Source of the DNA: an uncultured Bacteroidaceae bacterium
GTDB taxonomy: Bacteria; CAIWAD01
Assembly (NCBI GenBank): GCA_964345075.1
Contig: CAYFPS010000007.1
Location: 50,214 to 114,213, forward strand
DNA length: 64,000 bases
Direction: 5' to 3'
Positions 8,529 through 17,977 of the stretch are shown piece by piece. The position numbers and the translations under genes were made by a program. Below the pieces are notes generated by a model that worked only from the letters and a program-made list of their open reading frames with translations, was not told the origin of the DNA and made no database searches. Every line of letters begins with the position of its first letter. The stretch's first letter is position 1.

Positions 8529-10333
8529 AGCGGCCACCCATTGTGCGCCAGACCTTCTGGGCGCTCTTTGGACTCAGCCTGCTGACGCTGCTGGTCATGA
8601 TCTGGATTGCTGCCCAGAGCGCGCGCGATCTCATCTATAACCAAAGCAGAAGCGAGCTCGAAGACCGGGCCAAACTGATTCGCAATCAGCTGGAACTGCT
8701 GTGTGAAGCGGACAGCCTCTTCCTTAAACAATCAATGCGCGCAGACCACTGGCTGAAAGCGCTGGCCAGTGGCCACCAATTGCGTATCACCTTGATCGAC
8801 AGTGCGGGAATTGTGCTGGGTGATACACACGAAAACCCGCTGCAGATGGACAACCATGCCAATCGACCGGAGGTGATGCGCGCGCTTGAAGGAGAACTCG
8901 GCTCCAGCGATCGCTACTCTTCCACCCTCGAGCATCCACTGCTTTACGTTGCGCTGCCCGTACTCAATACACGGCCGCCCGTGGTTCTGCGCACATCCAT
9001 GGCCCGCTCGGCGATCACAGAGGAGATCGGCCTGATCCAGCAGCGCCTGATGCAGGGGGGATTGCTCGCACTGGTGATTGCCGCTCTGCTTGGCTTATGG
9101 AGTGCCCGCCGCATCAGTCGCCCCCTTGAAACCATGCGTCTCTCGGCAGACAGGATTTCTGCTGGCGATCTGGATCATCGCCTTCCTGTCGAGCACAGAA
9201 GCATGGAGCTGGTTGCCCTGGCCACCTCGGTCAATCAGATGGCTCTCAAACTGGCCGACCAGATTCATCGGCTGGATCGCGAAAAGCGCGAGCGGGATGC
9301 TCTTCTGACCGGAATGGACGAAGGGGTGATCGCGCTGGATCGTGGAGGTCGAATTCAGTCCTGCAATCCAGCTGCGGAAAGACTGCTTGGGCTTGAGGAC
9401 TATCCGGTGGGTGCCCGCCTGAAGGACCTGCTGAGTGATCCCGAGCTGTCCTCCCTGCTCGAACAGGGCTGGGCCGGGCGCATCGAAATCGAGCACGCCT
9501 TCAGAGGACTAATGCTGCGCATCCATGCCCTGGTTCTCGAGGATGCTGGCAGCAGCGGAAAACTCCTTCTGGCCGTTTTCAGCGATGTGACACACATCCA
9601 TCAGGCCGAAGAGCAAAGAAAACAGTTCGTCTCCAATGTGAGTCACGAACTGAGAACACCCGTCACCGCCATTCAGGGCTTTGTCGAAACCCTTCTGGAC
9701 GGGGCCCTTGAAGACAGGCAAGTCGCACGGCGACATCTGCAGATCATTGAACGGCAGGCCATTCGCCTGAATGCAATCATTGAGGATCTGCTGACGCTGG
9801 CCCGTATGGAACGGCTTCAGGCGGAACAGGGCCTTCAGGTGCAGCCAGTCAACCTCTGCCAGCTTGTATCACAGATCATTCAGGATCACGCTCAAATGGC
9901 GCTGAAGGCTGGTGTGGATGTGCATTTCAACTGCGACTGCAATCGTGCCGTGGATCACCATGCAGAGCTCGATGCTCATCTCTACGAGCGTGCCGTGATC
10001 AACCTGCTGATCAATGCTCTGCGTTATGGTGGCGAAAAGAGCCGTGTGGAGCTACGTCTGCAGGCTGAAGAACAGGATGGACGAGCCGGCTACAGGCTTG
10101 ATGTCATCGATCAGGGCTGTGGCATCGCGGCCGAGAATCAACCCCGAATCTTTGAACGCTTTTTTGTGGTAGACAAGGCCCGCTCGCGTAGTGTTGGCGG
10201 AACCGGACTGGGCCTGGCCATCGTCAAACATTCAGCGATGGTTCATGGCGGTATGGTCGGGGTGGAAAGTGAAGTCGACAAAGGTAGCCGCTTCTGGATC
10301 TGGATCCCTGCCCGGCAGCCCGTTCGGACCTGA
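8516..10333 (+). CDS. Sensor histidine kinase (HAMP-PAS-HisKA-HATPase, PhoR-like)
   Basis: H-box SHELRTP; G-box GGTGLGLAIVKH; TM segments. Start MPVLKRPP overlaps the radical SAM stop. Track ORF 8477..10333. Confidence 0.85.
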   Translation: MPVLKRPPIVRQTFWALFGLSLLTLLVMIWIAAQSARDLIYNQSRSELEDRAKLIRNQLELLCEADSLFLKQSMRADHWLKALASGHQLRITLIDSAGIVLGDTHENPLQMDNHANRPEVMRALEGELGSSDRYSSTLEHPLLYVALPVLNTRPPVVLRTSMARSAITEEIGLIQQRLMQGGLLALVIAALLGLWSARRISRPLETMRLSADRISAGDLDHRLPVEHRSMELVALATSVNQMALKLADQIHRLDREKRERDALLTGMDEGVIALDRGGRIQSCNPAAERLLGLEDYPVGARLKDLLSDPELSSLLEQGWAGRIEIEHAFRGLMLRIHALVLEDAGSSGKLLLAVFSDVTHIHQAEEQRKQFVSNVSHELRTPVTAIQGFVETLLDGALEDRQVARRHLQIIERQAIRLNAIIEDLLTLARMERLQAEQGLQVQPVNLCQLVSQIIQDHAQMALKAGVDVHFNCDCNRAVDHHAELDAHLYERAVINLLINALRYGGEKSRVELRLQAEEQDGRAGYRLDVIDQGCGIAAENQPRIFERFFVVDKARSRSVGGTGLGLAIVKHSAMVHGGMVGVESEVDKGSRFWIWIPARQPVRT

Positions 10334-11298
10334 ATCGCCTCGACGCATGCTTGCCATCCCAGCGGAAGGCAGATCCGCGGCTCGCTGTGACCAAAAGGCA
10401 TTGAACGTATCACGGGCCTGCCCTCCTGCACAAGATGATCTGAAACAAGCTCATCAAGACTGAAAGTACTCTTGTCCGGGTCCGGCTCATCACAGTTCAT
10501 GAAGCTCCCCAGCAGCACGGCCCTGCATTCTTTCAACCAGCCACATGCGACCAGTTGCGCCAGATGACGATCCAGCCTGAAAGGATATTCACCGTGATCT
10601 TCCAGCAGCAGTGTCGATTCGCCCGGGGCGGCTCCGGCTACACCACATAGACTTGTCAGAACGCTTAGATTCCCGCCAAACAGCGGGGCTTCTCTTCTGC
10701 CTGGGGACAGCACGGATTCCTGTGGAAAAAAGAGCTCCAGCAAATAGCCACGCTGTGATACAAACACCCGGGCGGCATGATCCGGAACTTCGGTCCCTTC
10801 CAGGAGATTCCATTTTCCATCGTGAAGCACCGCCCGCAGGCTGCCAGAACCACTGTCCAGCCAATCGAAAAGGCTGGCAATGGATGCGGCACTTAGCGGA
10901 TCCATGGCTGTGTAATACTCGGTGGCGCCCATGGGACCATGCCAGCAGGGCCAGCCATGCTTTGCCAGCAGCAGATTCTGCAGGCTGGTCAGGTCGCTGT
11001 AACCAAGCAGAACCGGTCGCCGGGTACAGGCTGCGAGTTTTTCGTGATCCAGTGCAGGCAGCAGGCGCAGGCAACCGAAGCCGCCACGCAGCGCCCAGAC
11101 CAGATCACACTCGCTGTCACACAACGCCGCCATCAAATCAGCCAGGCGATCCTCATCACGGCCTGCAAGATGTCCATAGACCTGGCGAACACGTGCACCC
11201 TCGATCACCTGATGGCCTTCACTCTCAAGCCGCTTGACAAGCAACTCAATCCGCTCAGGCGCCACAGGACCGGCAGGGGCAACAAGTCGAATGCGCAT
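10243..11298 (-). CDS. ldcA: LD-carboxypeptidase (peptidase S66)
   Basis: LLGYSDLTSLQ nucleophile motif. Convergent ~90-nt overlap with the HK 3' end. Confidence 0.7.
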   Translation of the reverse strand: MRIRLVAPAGPVAPERIELLVKRLESEGHQVIEGARVRQVYGHLAGRDEDRLADLMAALCDSECDLVWALRGGFGCLRLLPALDHEKLAACTRRPVLLGYSDLTSLQNLLLAKHGWPCWHGPMGATEYYTAMDPLSAASIASLFDWLDSGSGSLRAVLHDGKWNLLEGTEVPDHAARVFVSQRGYLLELFFPQESVLSPGRREAPLFGGNLSVLTSLCGVAGAAPGESTLLLEDHGEYPFRLDRHLAQLVACGWLKECRAVLLGSFMNCDEPDPDKSTFSLDELVSDHLVQEGRPVIRSMPFGHSEPRICLPLGWQACVEAIQVRTGCRAGIQIQKRLPLSTSLSTPTIPP

Positions 11299-12621
11299 CT
11301 AGAATCCCGGATCCATAACCAGCTGGTAGTCGCCAAATCCAGCGCGATCGATGAAGAGGAATTCGCGACCAATGGACTCGTAGCTCCAGCGCTCCCAGGC
11401 CGGGTAGTCCATTGATCCTTCAAATCGCTCGACTTCATCCGGATCACCATGAATCATGTAGACACGGCCTCGATCACTGCGCCAGCCCGGAAAGCGGCTC
11501 CAGGAAAAGCGCTGGTCGGCGAATTCGGCCCTGCGGTAATACTCGCGCATCAGCTCGTTGTCTTCCGTTTCCGGGTCCGGGTCCACGGATTTCCAGAATT
11601 CCTCAAAGCCTTTCTTCTTCAGCTCCATCGGACTTTCGGCCAGATTCCGGTAGCGCTTGCCGGGAAGGATATAGCGCAGCTGTTCGATGCTGCGATCCAG
11701 ATCACTGGGCGTGCCGGGACTTCCCCGCCAGCGCAGCTGAAAGGTCGCCTCGGCAGCGTGGTGAACCCTCTCTGGCCCTCGTTTGGCAAGAAAACCGCTG
11801 CGACCAACATCCTCGACGGCAGGGTCAAGCACTTCAATCAGCATGCGGTAATCGCCGGAGGCAAGCCGGTCGAGGGGCACCTGCAACAGGTTGCGTGATA
11901 CACCGGCCGGATATTCCCGCTCAATTCGCCGATCATGCACCTGATTCTCCCTGCGATCCTCAATCAGGCTGTGCAGTGCCAGCTTGCGTGCCTCCCTGGA
12001 CCAAACCTCGTAATACACAACCAACTCTTCAGGATGTGCGCCACCGTGTCCGGTCACAAAGGGCTGGCTGTCCAGTCCAGATGGCTCCAGGCTGTCTGCA
12101 TCACAGATCAGCCATAGCCGCGAAATCGCCCAATCCCGCTCGCTTAAGTCAGGAACCAGAAATCGGCCTTCCCGCCGAAAAATGCGTCGACTGTTCAGAT
12201 CCTGCAGCTCGACCCACCAGGTGTATTCGCCGGGTTCCACGGCTGCTTGGAAGCGATGCAGTTGCAGTTCCAGATCCGCGGCCTGAGGAAAGCCGTCGAT
12301 CCTGAGTTCACGCCGCTCGTGGCGCGAAGCGACACTGCGCTGCTTGCGTCCCTTGCCCTGCAGGATTTCCAGAGTGACTTCCCAACCAGCTTCGTAGGCA
12401 CCCGATCCGGCCTCGCCGCGCCTGAACTGCAGGTCCTCGGCTGACAGCACACAGGTGAAGACCTGTGTCTCATGGGCAAGGTTCAAGGAATCCAACTGCA
12501 GGCTGGATGAGTGCAGCACATGAAAATCCGGCTCCCAGCGCCTGTTGGAAAACATGTCGCCGGCCGCTGAACTCACCTGTATCACAAGCAGCAGCAAGGC
12601 AAGCCGCATGATCCACTTCAT
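11299..12621 (-). CDS. GWxTD domain-containing secreted protein
   Basis: Signal peptide MKWIMRLALLLLVIQVSSAAG; C-terminal FPGWRSDRGRVYMIHGDPDEVERF (GWxTD signature). Confidence 0.7.
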   Translation of the reverse strand: MKWIMRLALLLLVIQVSSAAGDMFSNRRWEPDFHVLHSSSLQLDSLNLAHETQVFTCVLSAEDLQFRRGEAGSGAYEAGWEVTLEILQGKGRKQRSVASRHERRELRIDGFPQAADLELQLHRFQAAVEPGEYTWWVELQDLNSRRIFRREGRFLVPDLSERDWAISRLWLICDADSLEPSGLDSQPFVTGHGGAHPEELVVYYEVWSREARKLALHSLIEDRRENQVHDRRIEREYPAGVSRNLLQVPLDRLASGDYRMLIEVLDPAVEDVGRSGFLAKRGPERVHHAAEATFQLRWRGSPGTPSDLDRSIEQLRYILPGKRYRNLAESPMELKKKGFEEFWKSVDPDPETEDNELMREYYRRAEFADQRFSWSRFPGWRSDRGRVYMIHGDPDEVERFEGSMDYPAWERWSYESIGREFLFIDRAGFGDYQLVMDPGF

Positions 12622-13934
12622 GTGCTTTCTCCCTGCTCAAGGGGCTCTGCAAAGAGGTCGTACTCCATTGCTTCCGTGTAGCGGACACGCAGGAATTCAC
12701 CCAAGGGATGAATGCCGCGGACTTCAACCGAGTTGTCGATATCCAGCGCGTCTCGACGGGAACGGCCCAGACTTGTGCCGGTGGCCTCGTCAATTTCGTC
12801 GATCAGAATCAGGTCTTCTTCGCCAACAAGCGTTTGATTGGCAGCAAGACTGATCTCCGCCTGCTGGCTCATCAACCGGTCCATGCGCTCTTCGGCCACT
12901 TCGCGGGGAATCTGCTCATCAAGTTTGAGCGCGGGCGTGCCCTCTTCCTGACTGTAAAGAAACGCCCCCAGACGGTCGAAGGGCTCGCTTTTGCAGAAGT
13001 CGAGCAGTTCCTGGAATTCGGCCTCGCCTTCTCCGGGAAAACCAAGAATGATCGATGTGCGCAGGATCAGACCCGGCACTGTATTGCGCATCATGCGCAT
13101 GGTGCGTGAAAGGCTCTCCGCATCGCCGCGCCGGGCCATGCGCTTCAGCACACTCCCTGATACATGCTCGACCGGAAAATCCAGATAGGGCAGAACGTGA
13201 TCCAGATCGGCCATGCTCTGCGCGAAGCGCTCATCGACCAGGGGCGGATGGCTGTAAAGCAGACGGATCCACTGGACGCCACAACCATTTAACGCAGCGA
13301 GAAGCTCGTTGATATCCGGCCCCTGTGTATCACGGCCATAGGAGCTGATTTCCTGACCAATAATGTTCAGCTCCTTTACCCCTCGGGAAGCCAGATGGCT
13401 CGCTTCGGCAACCAGGTCTTCCACACTGCGACTGCGCATGCGACCGCGCATCAGGGGAATGCTGCAGTAGGTACAGCGCTGATCACAACCATCGGAGATG
13501 CGCAGGTAGGCGCTGTGTCTGGGGCTGAGCAGCGTGCGGCCGGTAAAGAGCTCCAGACTGTCCCGCCCGGCGGCTGCTGGTTTAAGCCCCATGTCTCGCA
13601 GCATCGTACCGAACTCACCCACGCCGTATACGCCATCCAGCTCAGGGATCTCGCGGCGAATCTCATCACGGTAGCGCTCGCTCAGGCAGCCCATCACAAC
13701 CACGCGGCGACCGGCATGCTCTTTTTTCAGCTCCACGGCCTCCATCACCGCATCGATGCTTTCGACCCGGGCCGCATCGATGAAGCCACAGGTATTGACC
13801 ACAAGCAGGTCCGCCTTGGCGCCTTCGTCCACAAGATGAACACGGCCAGCCAGCTGCCCCAGAAGGATCTCCGAGTCAACCAGATTCTTGGCACAGCCAA
13901 CCGTGTGCATGTATACTCTCAGTTCAGGACTCAC
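12618..13934 (-). CDS. rimO: Ribosomal protein S12 methylthiotransferase (MiaB-family radical SAM, RimO-like)
   Basis: N-terminal MTTase Cys triad (VGCAKN...); radical SAM CTYCSIP; TRAM-like C-terminus. Confidence 0.75.
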   Translation of the reverse strand: MSPELRVYMHTVGCAKNLVDSEILLGQLAGRVHLVDEGAKADLLVVNTCGFIDAARVESIDAVMEAVELKKEHAGRRVVVMGCLSERYRDEIRREIPELDGVYGVGEFGTMLRDMGLKPAAAGRDSLELFTGRTLLSPRHSAYLRISDGCDQRCTYCSIPLMRGRMRSRSVEDLVAEASHLASRGVKELNIIGQEISSYGRDTQGPDINELLAALNGCGVQWIRLLYSHPPLVDERFAQSMADLDHVLPYLDFPVEHVSGSVLKRMARRGDAESLSRTMRMMRNTVPGLILRTSIILGFPGEGEAEFQELLDFCKSEPFDRLGAFLYSQEEGTPALKLDEQIPREVAEERMDRLMSQQAEISLAANQTLVGEEDLILIDEIDEATGTSLGRSRRDALDIDNSVEVRGIHPLGEFLRVRYTEAMEYDLFAEPLEQGEST

Positions 13935-14869
13935 TGGTCCTCCTCGCCATTGCCTGCGCCCAGCCCTTCAAACAAGGCCCGCGCATAAAGTGTAGAGTCA
14001 AAAGGCTGCAGGTCATCGATGCCTTCGCCCACACCAATCCAGCGAATGGGAATCCCCAGCTCGCGATGGATGGCCAGAGCAATGCCGCCCCGCGCTGTGC
14101 CGTCGAGCTTGGTCAGGACCAGTCCGGACACGCCCGTGCTACTCGAAAAGAGGCGCGCCTGCTGCAAGGCATTCTGCCCGGTGGTACCATCCAGGACCAG
14201 CAGAACCTCATGAGGCGCGCCCGGCAGGCGCTTGTCCAGCACACGGCGAATCTTGTCCAGTTCCTGCATCAGGTTCTTCTTGTTGTGAAGGCGGCCGGCA
14301 GTATCCACCAGCAGCAGATCGTGTCCTCTGGCCTGCGCCCGTCCCAGAGCGTCAAAGGCCACAGCCGCTGGATCCGCACCCTGCGCGGCCTTGACGATTT
14401 CAACCTCCGCCCTGCCAGCCCAGGCTTCCAGCTGCTCGATGGCGGCTGCGCGAAAGGTGTCGGCCGCAGCCAGCAGCACCTTGTGGCCATCGGCCTTGTA
14501 ACGGGCGGCCAGCTTGCCGATGGTGGTGGTCTTGCCCGCGCCGTTGACACCAACCACCAGCACGACCTTTAATTCAGGGCCAGCTTCTGCCTGCTGCTGC
14601 TCATCCTTGTGATTAAGCGCCTTCAGCAACTGCTCCTCAATCAGCTGATCCAGTTCTGTCTCTGCATCGTGCTTGATTGTATCACGCAGACCCTGAACGA
14701 TTTCGTCAACCAGTTCCCAACCGAGATCGGCGCCCAGCAGAATCTCTTCCAGTTCTTCGAGCATGGCCTCATCCACTCGGCGGCCTGTGCCCATCAGTTC
14801 ACGTATACGACCACTCAGGTTTTCCCGCGTGCGGTTCATGGCGCCACTCAGGCGGCGGAAGAGATTCAT
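13931..14869 (-). CDS. ftsY: Signal recognition particle receptor FtsY
   Basis: GVNGAGKTTTIGKLA, DTAGR and TKLDG motifs. Start trimmed to MNLFRR to remove the 124-nt overlap with nadK. Track ORF 13931..14989. Confidence 0.85.
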   Translation of the reverse strand: MNLFRRLSGAMNRTRENLSGRIRELMGTGRRVDEAMLEELEEILLGADLGWELVDEIVQGLRDTIKHDAETELDQLIEEQLLKALNHKDEQQQAEAGPELKVVLVVGVNGAGKTTTIGKLAARYKADGHKVLLAAADTFRAAAIEQLEAWAGRAEVEIVKAAQGADPAAVAFDALGRAQARGHDLLLVDTAGRLHNKKNLMQELDKIRRVLDKRLPGAPHEVLLVLDGTTGQNALQQARLFSSSTGVSGLVLTKLDGTARGGIALAIHRELGIPIRWIGVGEGIDDLQPFDSTLYARALFEGLGAGNGEEDQ

Positions 14870-15783
14870 TCGTCCTCCAGATTCCAGTGCAGCTTGCTGC
14901 GCAGCACTCCAATAAAGCCCGGTCGGCTGAGTTTCAACAGGTGGGTTCTGCGGGGACTGCGTTCGACGATTACCGTGCAGCCCTCCCACAGGTCCAGATT
15001 GAGCTGTCCGTCCACGGAGAGCTGCATGCGGCCATGCCGACTGTGAATGCGTGTTTCAATGCGCGCATCCGGTGATACAACGATTGGCCTGACCGACACC
15101 GAGTGGGGCATCACGGGTGTCAGCACAATCGCCTCCATGCCCGGATCAAGAATCGGCCCACCACCGCCAAGATTGTAAGCTGTGGACCCGGTGGGTGTGG
15201 CGTGAATCAGTCCATCGCCAGTCAACCGGAACAGGTTTTCACCATTGATGCGGGTTGTCAGACGCACCACGCGTCCGGGAAGCCCGCTGGTCAGGACGAT
15301 ATCGTTCAGCGCGTCTGCCTGTATGTGGTCTTCGCCCCCTTCGACTGTAACACGCAGCATCATGCGTTTTTCCAGATGCAGGCCGCCCGTGACGAGTTCG
15401 TCCAGACAATTTTCCAGGCCCTCTGGCGTGGTGGCTGTCAGGTAGCCCATCGAGCCCATGTGCAGGCCCAGCACAGGCAGATCACGCTCTAGCTGTGATA
15501 CAGCGGCAAGCAGGCTGCCGTCGCCGCCCAAACTTAAAATCAGATCGCAGTGGGCGGACAGTCGATCTTCAGGCAGGGCCTGTGCCGCGGCCTTGCGAAC
15601 GCCCTCATCCAGATCCCCCAGCATTTCCGCGAAACTGCGCGAAATGCGGCAGGCAATTCCGCGAGCTTCCAGCCCCGCGAGCAGGCGGGGCAGGACCTCC
15701 AGCAGACCTTCCGGTCGGGCTGTTCCGCGCATACCGATGACTGCGTTTTCGGGCAACCGATATACCTCGGCTGCGTGACGCAT
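14866..15783 (-). CDS. nadK: NAD+ kinase
   Basis: GGDGSLL motif and NE/DD region. Start uncertain; trimmed to MRHAAEV just after the xseB stop. Track ORF 14866..15864. Confidence 0.75.
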   Translation of the reverse strand: MRHAAEVYRLPENAVIGMRGTARPEGLLEVLPRLLAGLEARGIACRISRSFAEMLGDLDEGVRKAAAQALPEDRLSAHCDLILSLGGDGSLLAAVSQLERDLPVLGLHMGSMGYLTATTPEGLENCLDELVTGGLHLEKRMMLRVTVEGGEDHIQADALNDIVLTSGLPGRVVRLTTRINGENLFRLTGDGLIHATPTGSTAYNLGGGGPILDPGMEAIVLTPVMPHSVSVRPIVVSPDARIETRIHSRHGRMQLSVDGQLNLDLWEGCTVIVERSPRRTHLLKLSRPGFIGVLRSKLHWNLEDE

Positions 15784-15793
15784 CACGGGAAGA

Positions 15794-16039
15794 TCAGGTG
15801 AAGAGGTCATCGGAGGCTTCTGCTTCGCTTTCATCCACGCCCGCAGTTTCATCGTCCAGCACACTCAGGACTTCTTCTTCCACCTTGCGCAGGCGTTCCT
15901 GACAGAGGCGATGAAGTTCCATGCCTTCCTTGTAGGCCTTCAGGCTGTCTTCCAGCCCGACCTCTCCGTCTTCCAGCTGTGTGACAAGTTCTTCGAGACG
16001 CGCCATGGCTTCTTCGAAACTGGGCTTCTTGTTTGCCAT
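15794..16039 (-). CDS. xseB: Exodeoxyribonuclease VII small subunit
   Basis: FEEAMARLEELVTQLEDGEV...LEDSLKAYKEGMEL. Confidence 0.9.
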   Translation of the reverse strand: MANKKPSFEEAMARLEELVTQLEDGEVGLEDSLKAYKEGMELHRLCQERLRKVEEEVLSVLDDETAGVDESEAEASDDLFT

Positions 16040-17520
16040 CAGTCCTTGCTCCCTGTGACACGGGCCGTCACGCGGCCGTCATGAAATGTAATCTGCAGTT
16101 TATCGTTTTCCTTCAGCTCCTGCGCAGAGGAAATTCGCCCTCCCGCCTGATCGCTGATTCGGGCCATACCCAGACGGAAGGCCGTGGCCTCAATCCGGCC
16201 AAGTTCCAGCTGAGTCAGTCGCTTTTCAAGCTGGGCGAGCGTGCGCGTCTGCTGCTTGAGCCTTGTCCGCATGGCGCGGGTCAGACCGTTTTCCAGCTGA
16301 CGCAGGCTGCTCTGTTCCTGCCTGAGGCGAGCCGCCAGCAGGCGGGCAAAACGCTGCTTCCAGCCAAGGGCACGATCCGCCCCATCCGCATGCATGCGCA
16401 TCAGGGCACGCACCAGCCGACGCTTAAGGCCGGGCAAGCGATCGTGTTCCGTCTGCTGTATACGCTTGAGTGACCGCTTCAGCGAAGTATAGAGCTGGTC
16501 CAGTCGTTGCGAGGCATCCCGCAGGCGGCGTCCGGGTTCGGCCAGAGCACGATGGCTGGCCAGCGCCTGCAACTCCTGCCGTGAGTGATGAATGCGCCGC
16601 CTCATCGCCAGCCGGAGTCTCTCCTTCTGGCTGTTCAAGTAGACAAGCTGTTCGGCTCGATCCGGAACAGCCAGCTCGGCTGCCGCGCTGGGGGTGGGTG
16701 CCCGCAGGTCGGCGGCCAGATCGCTCAGGCCGTGATCCACTTCATGTCCGACGGCGCTGATGACCGGAACCGGACAAGCCCGAATCGCCCTGACCAGATC
16801 TTCATTGTTGAAGCCGAAGAGATCTTCGAAACTGCCGCCGCCCCGCCCGAGAATGATCAGATCCAGCTTAAGCTCCCGGGCGCGCGCTGAAAGCAGCTTC
16901 AGATTCTTTGCCAGAGCCGGACCACTCTGCGGCCCCTGCACGGGTGTTGACTTCAGAAACAGTTTAAGCCCGCGTTGCCTGCGCCCCAGCACTTGCAGCA
17001 TATCCTGCAGGGCGGCGCCTTCACGGGCAGTCAGGAGACCGATGCGCTGAGGGCATGCGGGAATGGGGCGTTTCAGGTCGGCTGCAAAAAGCCCTTCACG
17101 CTGAAGGCGTTCTTTCAACTCCAGAAAATCCTGCATCAGGCGACCCTGACCGGCTTCCCTGAGGTCCTGAACGTCCAGCTGCAGTCGCCCGCCTTTACCG
17201 TAGTAGACGATGCGCACCAGGGCTTCAACCTGCAAGCCATCGGAGGGCAAAACGCTCATGCGCCCCGCGCGCCCGCTCCAGAGCACGGCGGAAAACTGGG
17301 CTTCCTGATCCTTGAGGGTAAAGTAGCGGTGCCCCGAGCTGCCATAGTGCTTCAGCCCGGAGACTTCACCCCGGACCCAGACAGGCAGCAGGTGCTCCTC
17401 CAGATGGGCCGAGAAGATGCGGGCCAGCTCGCCGATGCTGATGGCCTTGCCGCCCCGGGCTGAGTTTGAGAAAGACACGGGCTTTCCTGATGAACTGCAA
17501 AAGCCATGGACGCGAAGCAT
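16039..17520 (-). CDS. xseA: Exodeoxyribonuclease VII large subunit
   Basis: OB-fold N-terminus (VWVRGEVSGL...SGHRYFTLKD) plus catalytic core. Annotated ATG lies in a hairpin loop; an alternative GTG start at ~17479 has an AGGAAA RBS. Confidence 0.8.
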   Translation of the reverse strand: MLRVHGFCSSSGKPVSFSNSARGGKAISIGELARIFSAHLEEHLLPVWVRGEVSGLKHYGSSGHRYFTLKDQEAQFSAVLWSGRAGRMSVLPSDGLQVEALVRIVYYGKGGRLQLDVQDLREAGQGRLMQDFLELKERLQREGLFAADLKRPIPACPQRIGLLTAREGAALQDMLQVLGRRQRGLKLFLKSTPVQGPQSGPALAKNLKLLSARARELKLDLIILGRGGGSFEDLFGFNNEDLVRAIRACPVPVISAVGHEVDHGLSDLAADLRAPTPSAAAELAVPDRAEQLVYLNSQKERLRLAMRRRIHHSRQELQALASHRALAEPGRRLRDASQRLDQLYTSLKRSLKRIQQTEHDRLPGLKRRLVRALMRMHADGADRALGWKQRFARLLAARLRQEQSSLRQLENGLTRAMRTRLKQQTRTLAQLEKRLTQLELGRIEATAFRLGMARISDQAGGRISSAQELKENDKLQITFHDGRVTARVTGSKD

Positions 17521-17562
17521 GCGCCCATGGCTTTCCTATTCTGGCATGCGACCACAAGGTAG

Positions 17563-17581
17563 CCGCTTCATCATGAAGCGG
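17563..17581. terminator. Perfect hairpin CCGCTTCAt(c)atGAAGCGG immediately after the small-peptide stop codon
   Basis: 19-nt near-perfect palindrome. T-rich tract (ttacttcttctt) on the plus-strand side only. Confidence 0.4.
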
Positions 17582-17671
17582 TTACTTCTTCTTGTGACGG
17601 TTCTTGCGCAGACGCTTTTTCCGCTTGTGCGTGGAAATCTTGTGGCGTTTCCGCTTCCTTCCGCAAGGCAC
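17582..17671 (-). CDS. Unannotated 29-aa lysine/arginine-rich peptide MPCGRKRKRHKISTHKRKKRLRKNRHKKK (bS22/bL37-like small basic ribosomal-protein candidate)
   Basis: GGAGG at 17677-17681, 5-nt spacer, GTG start at 17669-17671, TAA stop, hairpin immediately downstream. Sits 15 nt after the HU stop on the same strand. Below the ORF-track size cut-off. Confidence 0.55.
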   Translation of the reverse strand: MPCGRKRKRHKISTHKRKKRLRKNRHKKK

Positions 17672-17686
17672 GGCAACCTCCAACGT

Positions 17687-17977
17687 TTACTGGTTGTTTT
17701 TAGTGTCCTGAATTCTCTGCTTGAGTCGCTGAGCTGGCTTGAAGACAGCCACCCGGCGGTTTTCCAGCCAGACCGTCTCACCGGAGCGTGGATTGCGCGC
17801 GGGCCGCGGACGGCGCTCCTGCGTGCCAAACACACCGAAGCCGCGAAGCTCGACACGACCACCCTTGCAGAGTTCGTCGGACACGGCCTTCAGTGTCTGC
17901 TCAAGAACCACCTTCACTTCTTCCCGTGAAAGGCCGCTTGCAGCGGACACTGCCTCAACGAGAGCTTCTCGGTTCAT
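17687..17977 (-). CDS. HU/IHF family DNA-binding protein
   Basis: MNREALVEAVSAASGLS...RGFGVFGTQERRPRPARNPRSGETV. Confidence 0.9.
   Translation of the reverse strand: MNREALVEAVSAASGLSREEVKVVLEQTLKAVSDELCKGGRVELRGFGVFGTQERRPRPARNPRSGETVWLENRRVAVFKPAQRLKQRIQDTKNNQ

Noticed and set aside
10243-10333. 91-nt convergent overlap between histidine kinase and ldcA 3' ends as a sign of a frameshift or pseudogene
   Set aside because: Both C-termini read through without stops and the HK G-box region is intact. The low-complexity ldcA tail may simply be a slightly mis-called stop; there is not enough evidence for a pseudogene call
17417-17929. Plus-strand 170-aa ORF with an apparent signal peptide (MKRLLLLVTVLAQTLF...)
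   Set aside because: Its hydrophobic run is the codon-for-codon antisense of the K/R-rich minus-strand peptide (CTT/AAG). It runs antisense through the HU gene. It has no RBS, whereas the minus-strand peptide has GGAGG
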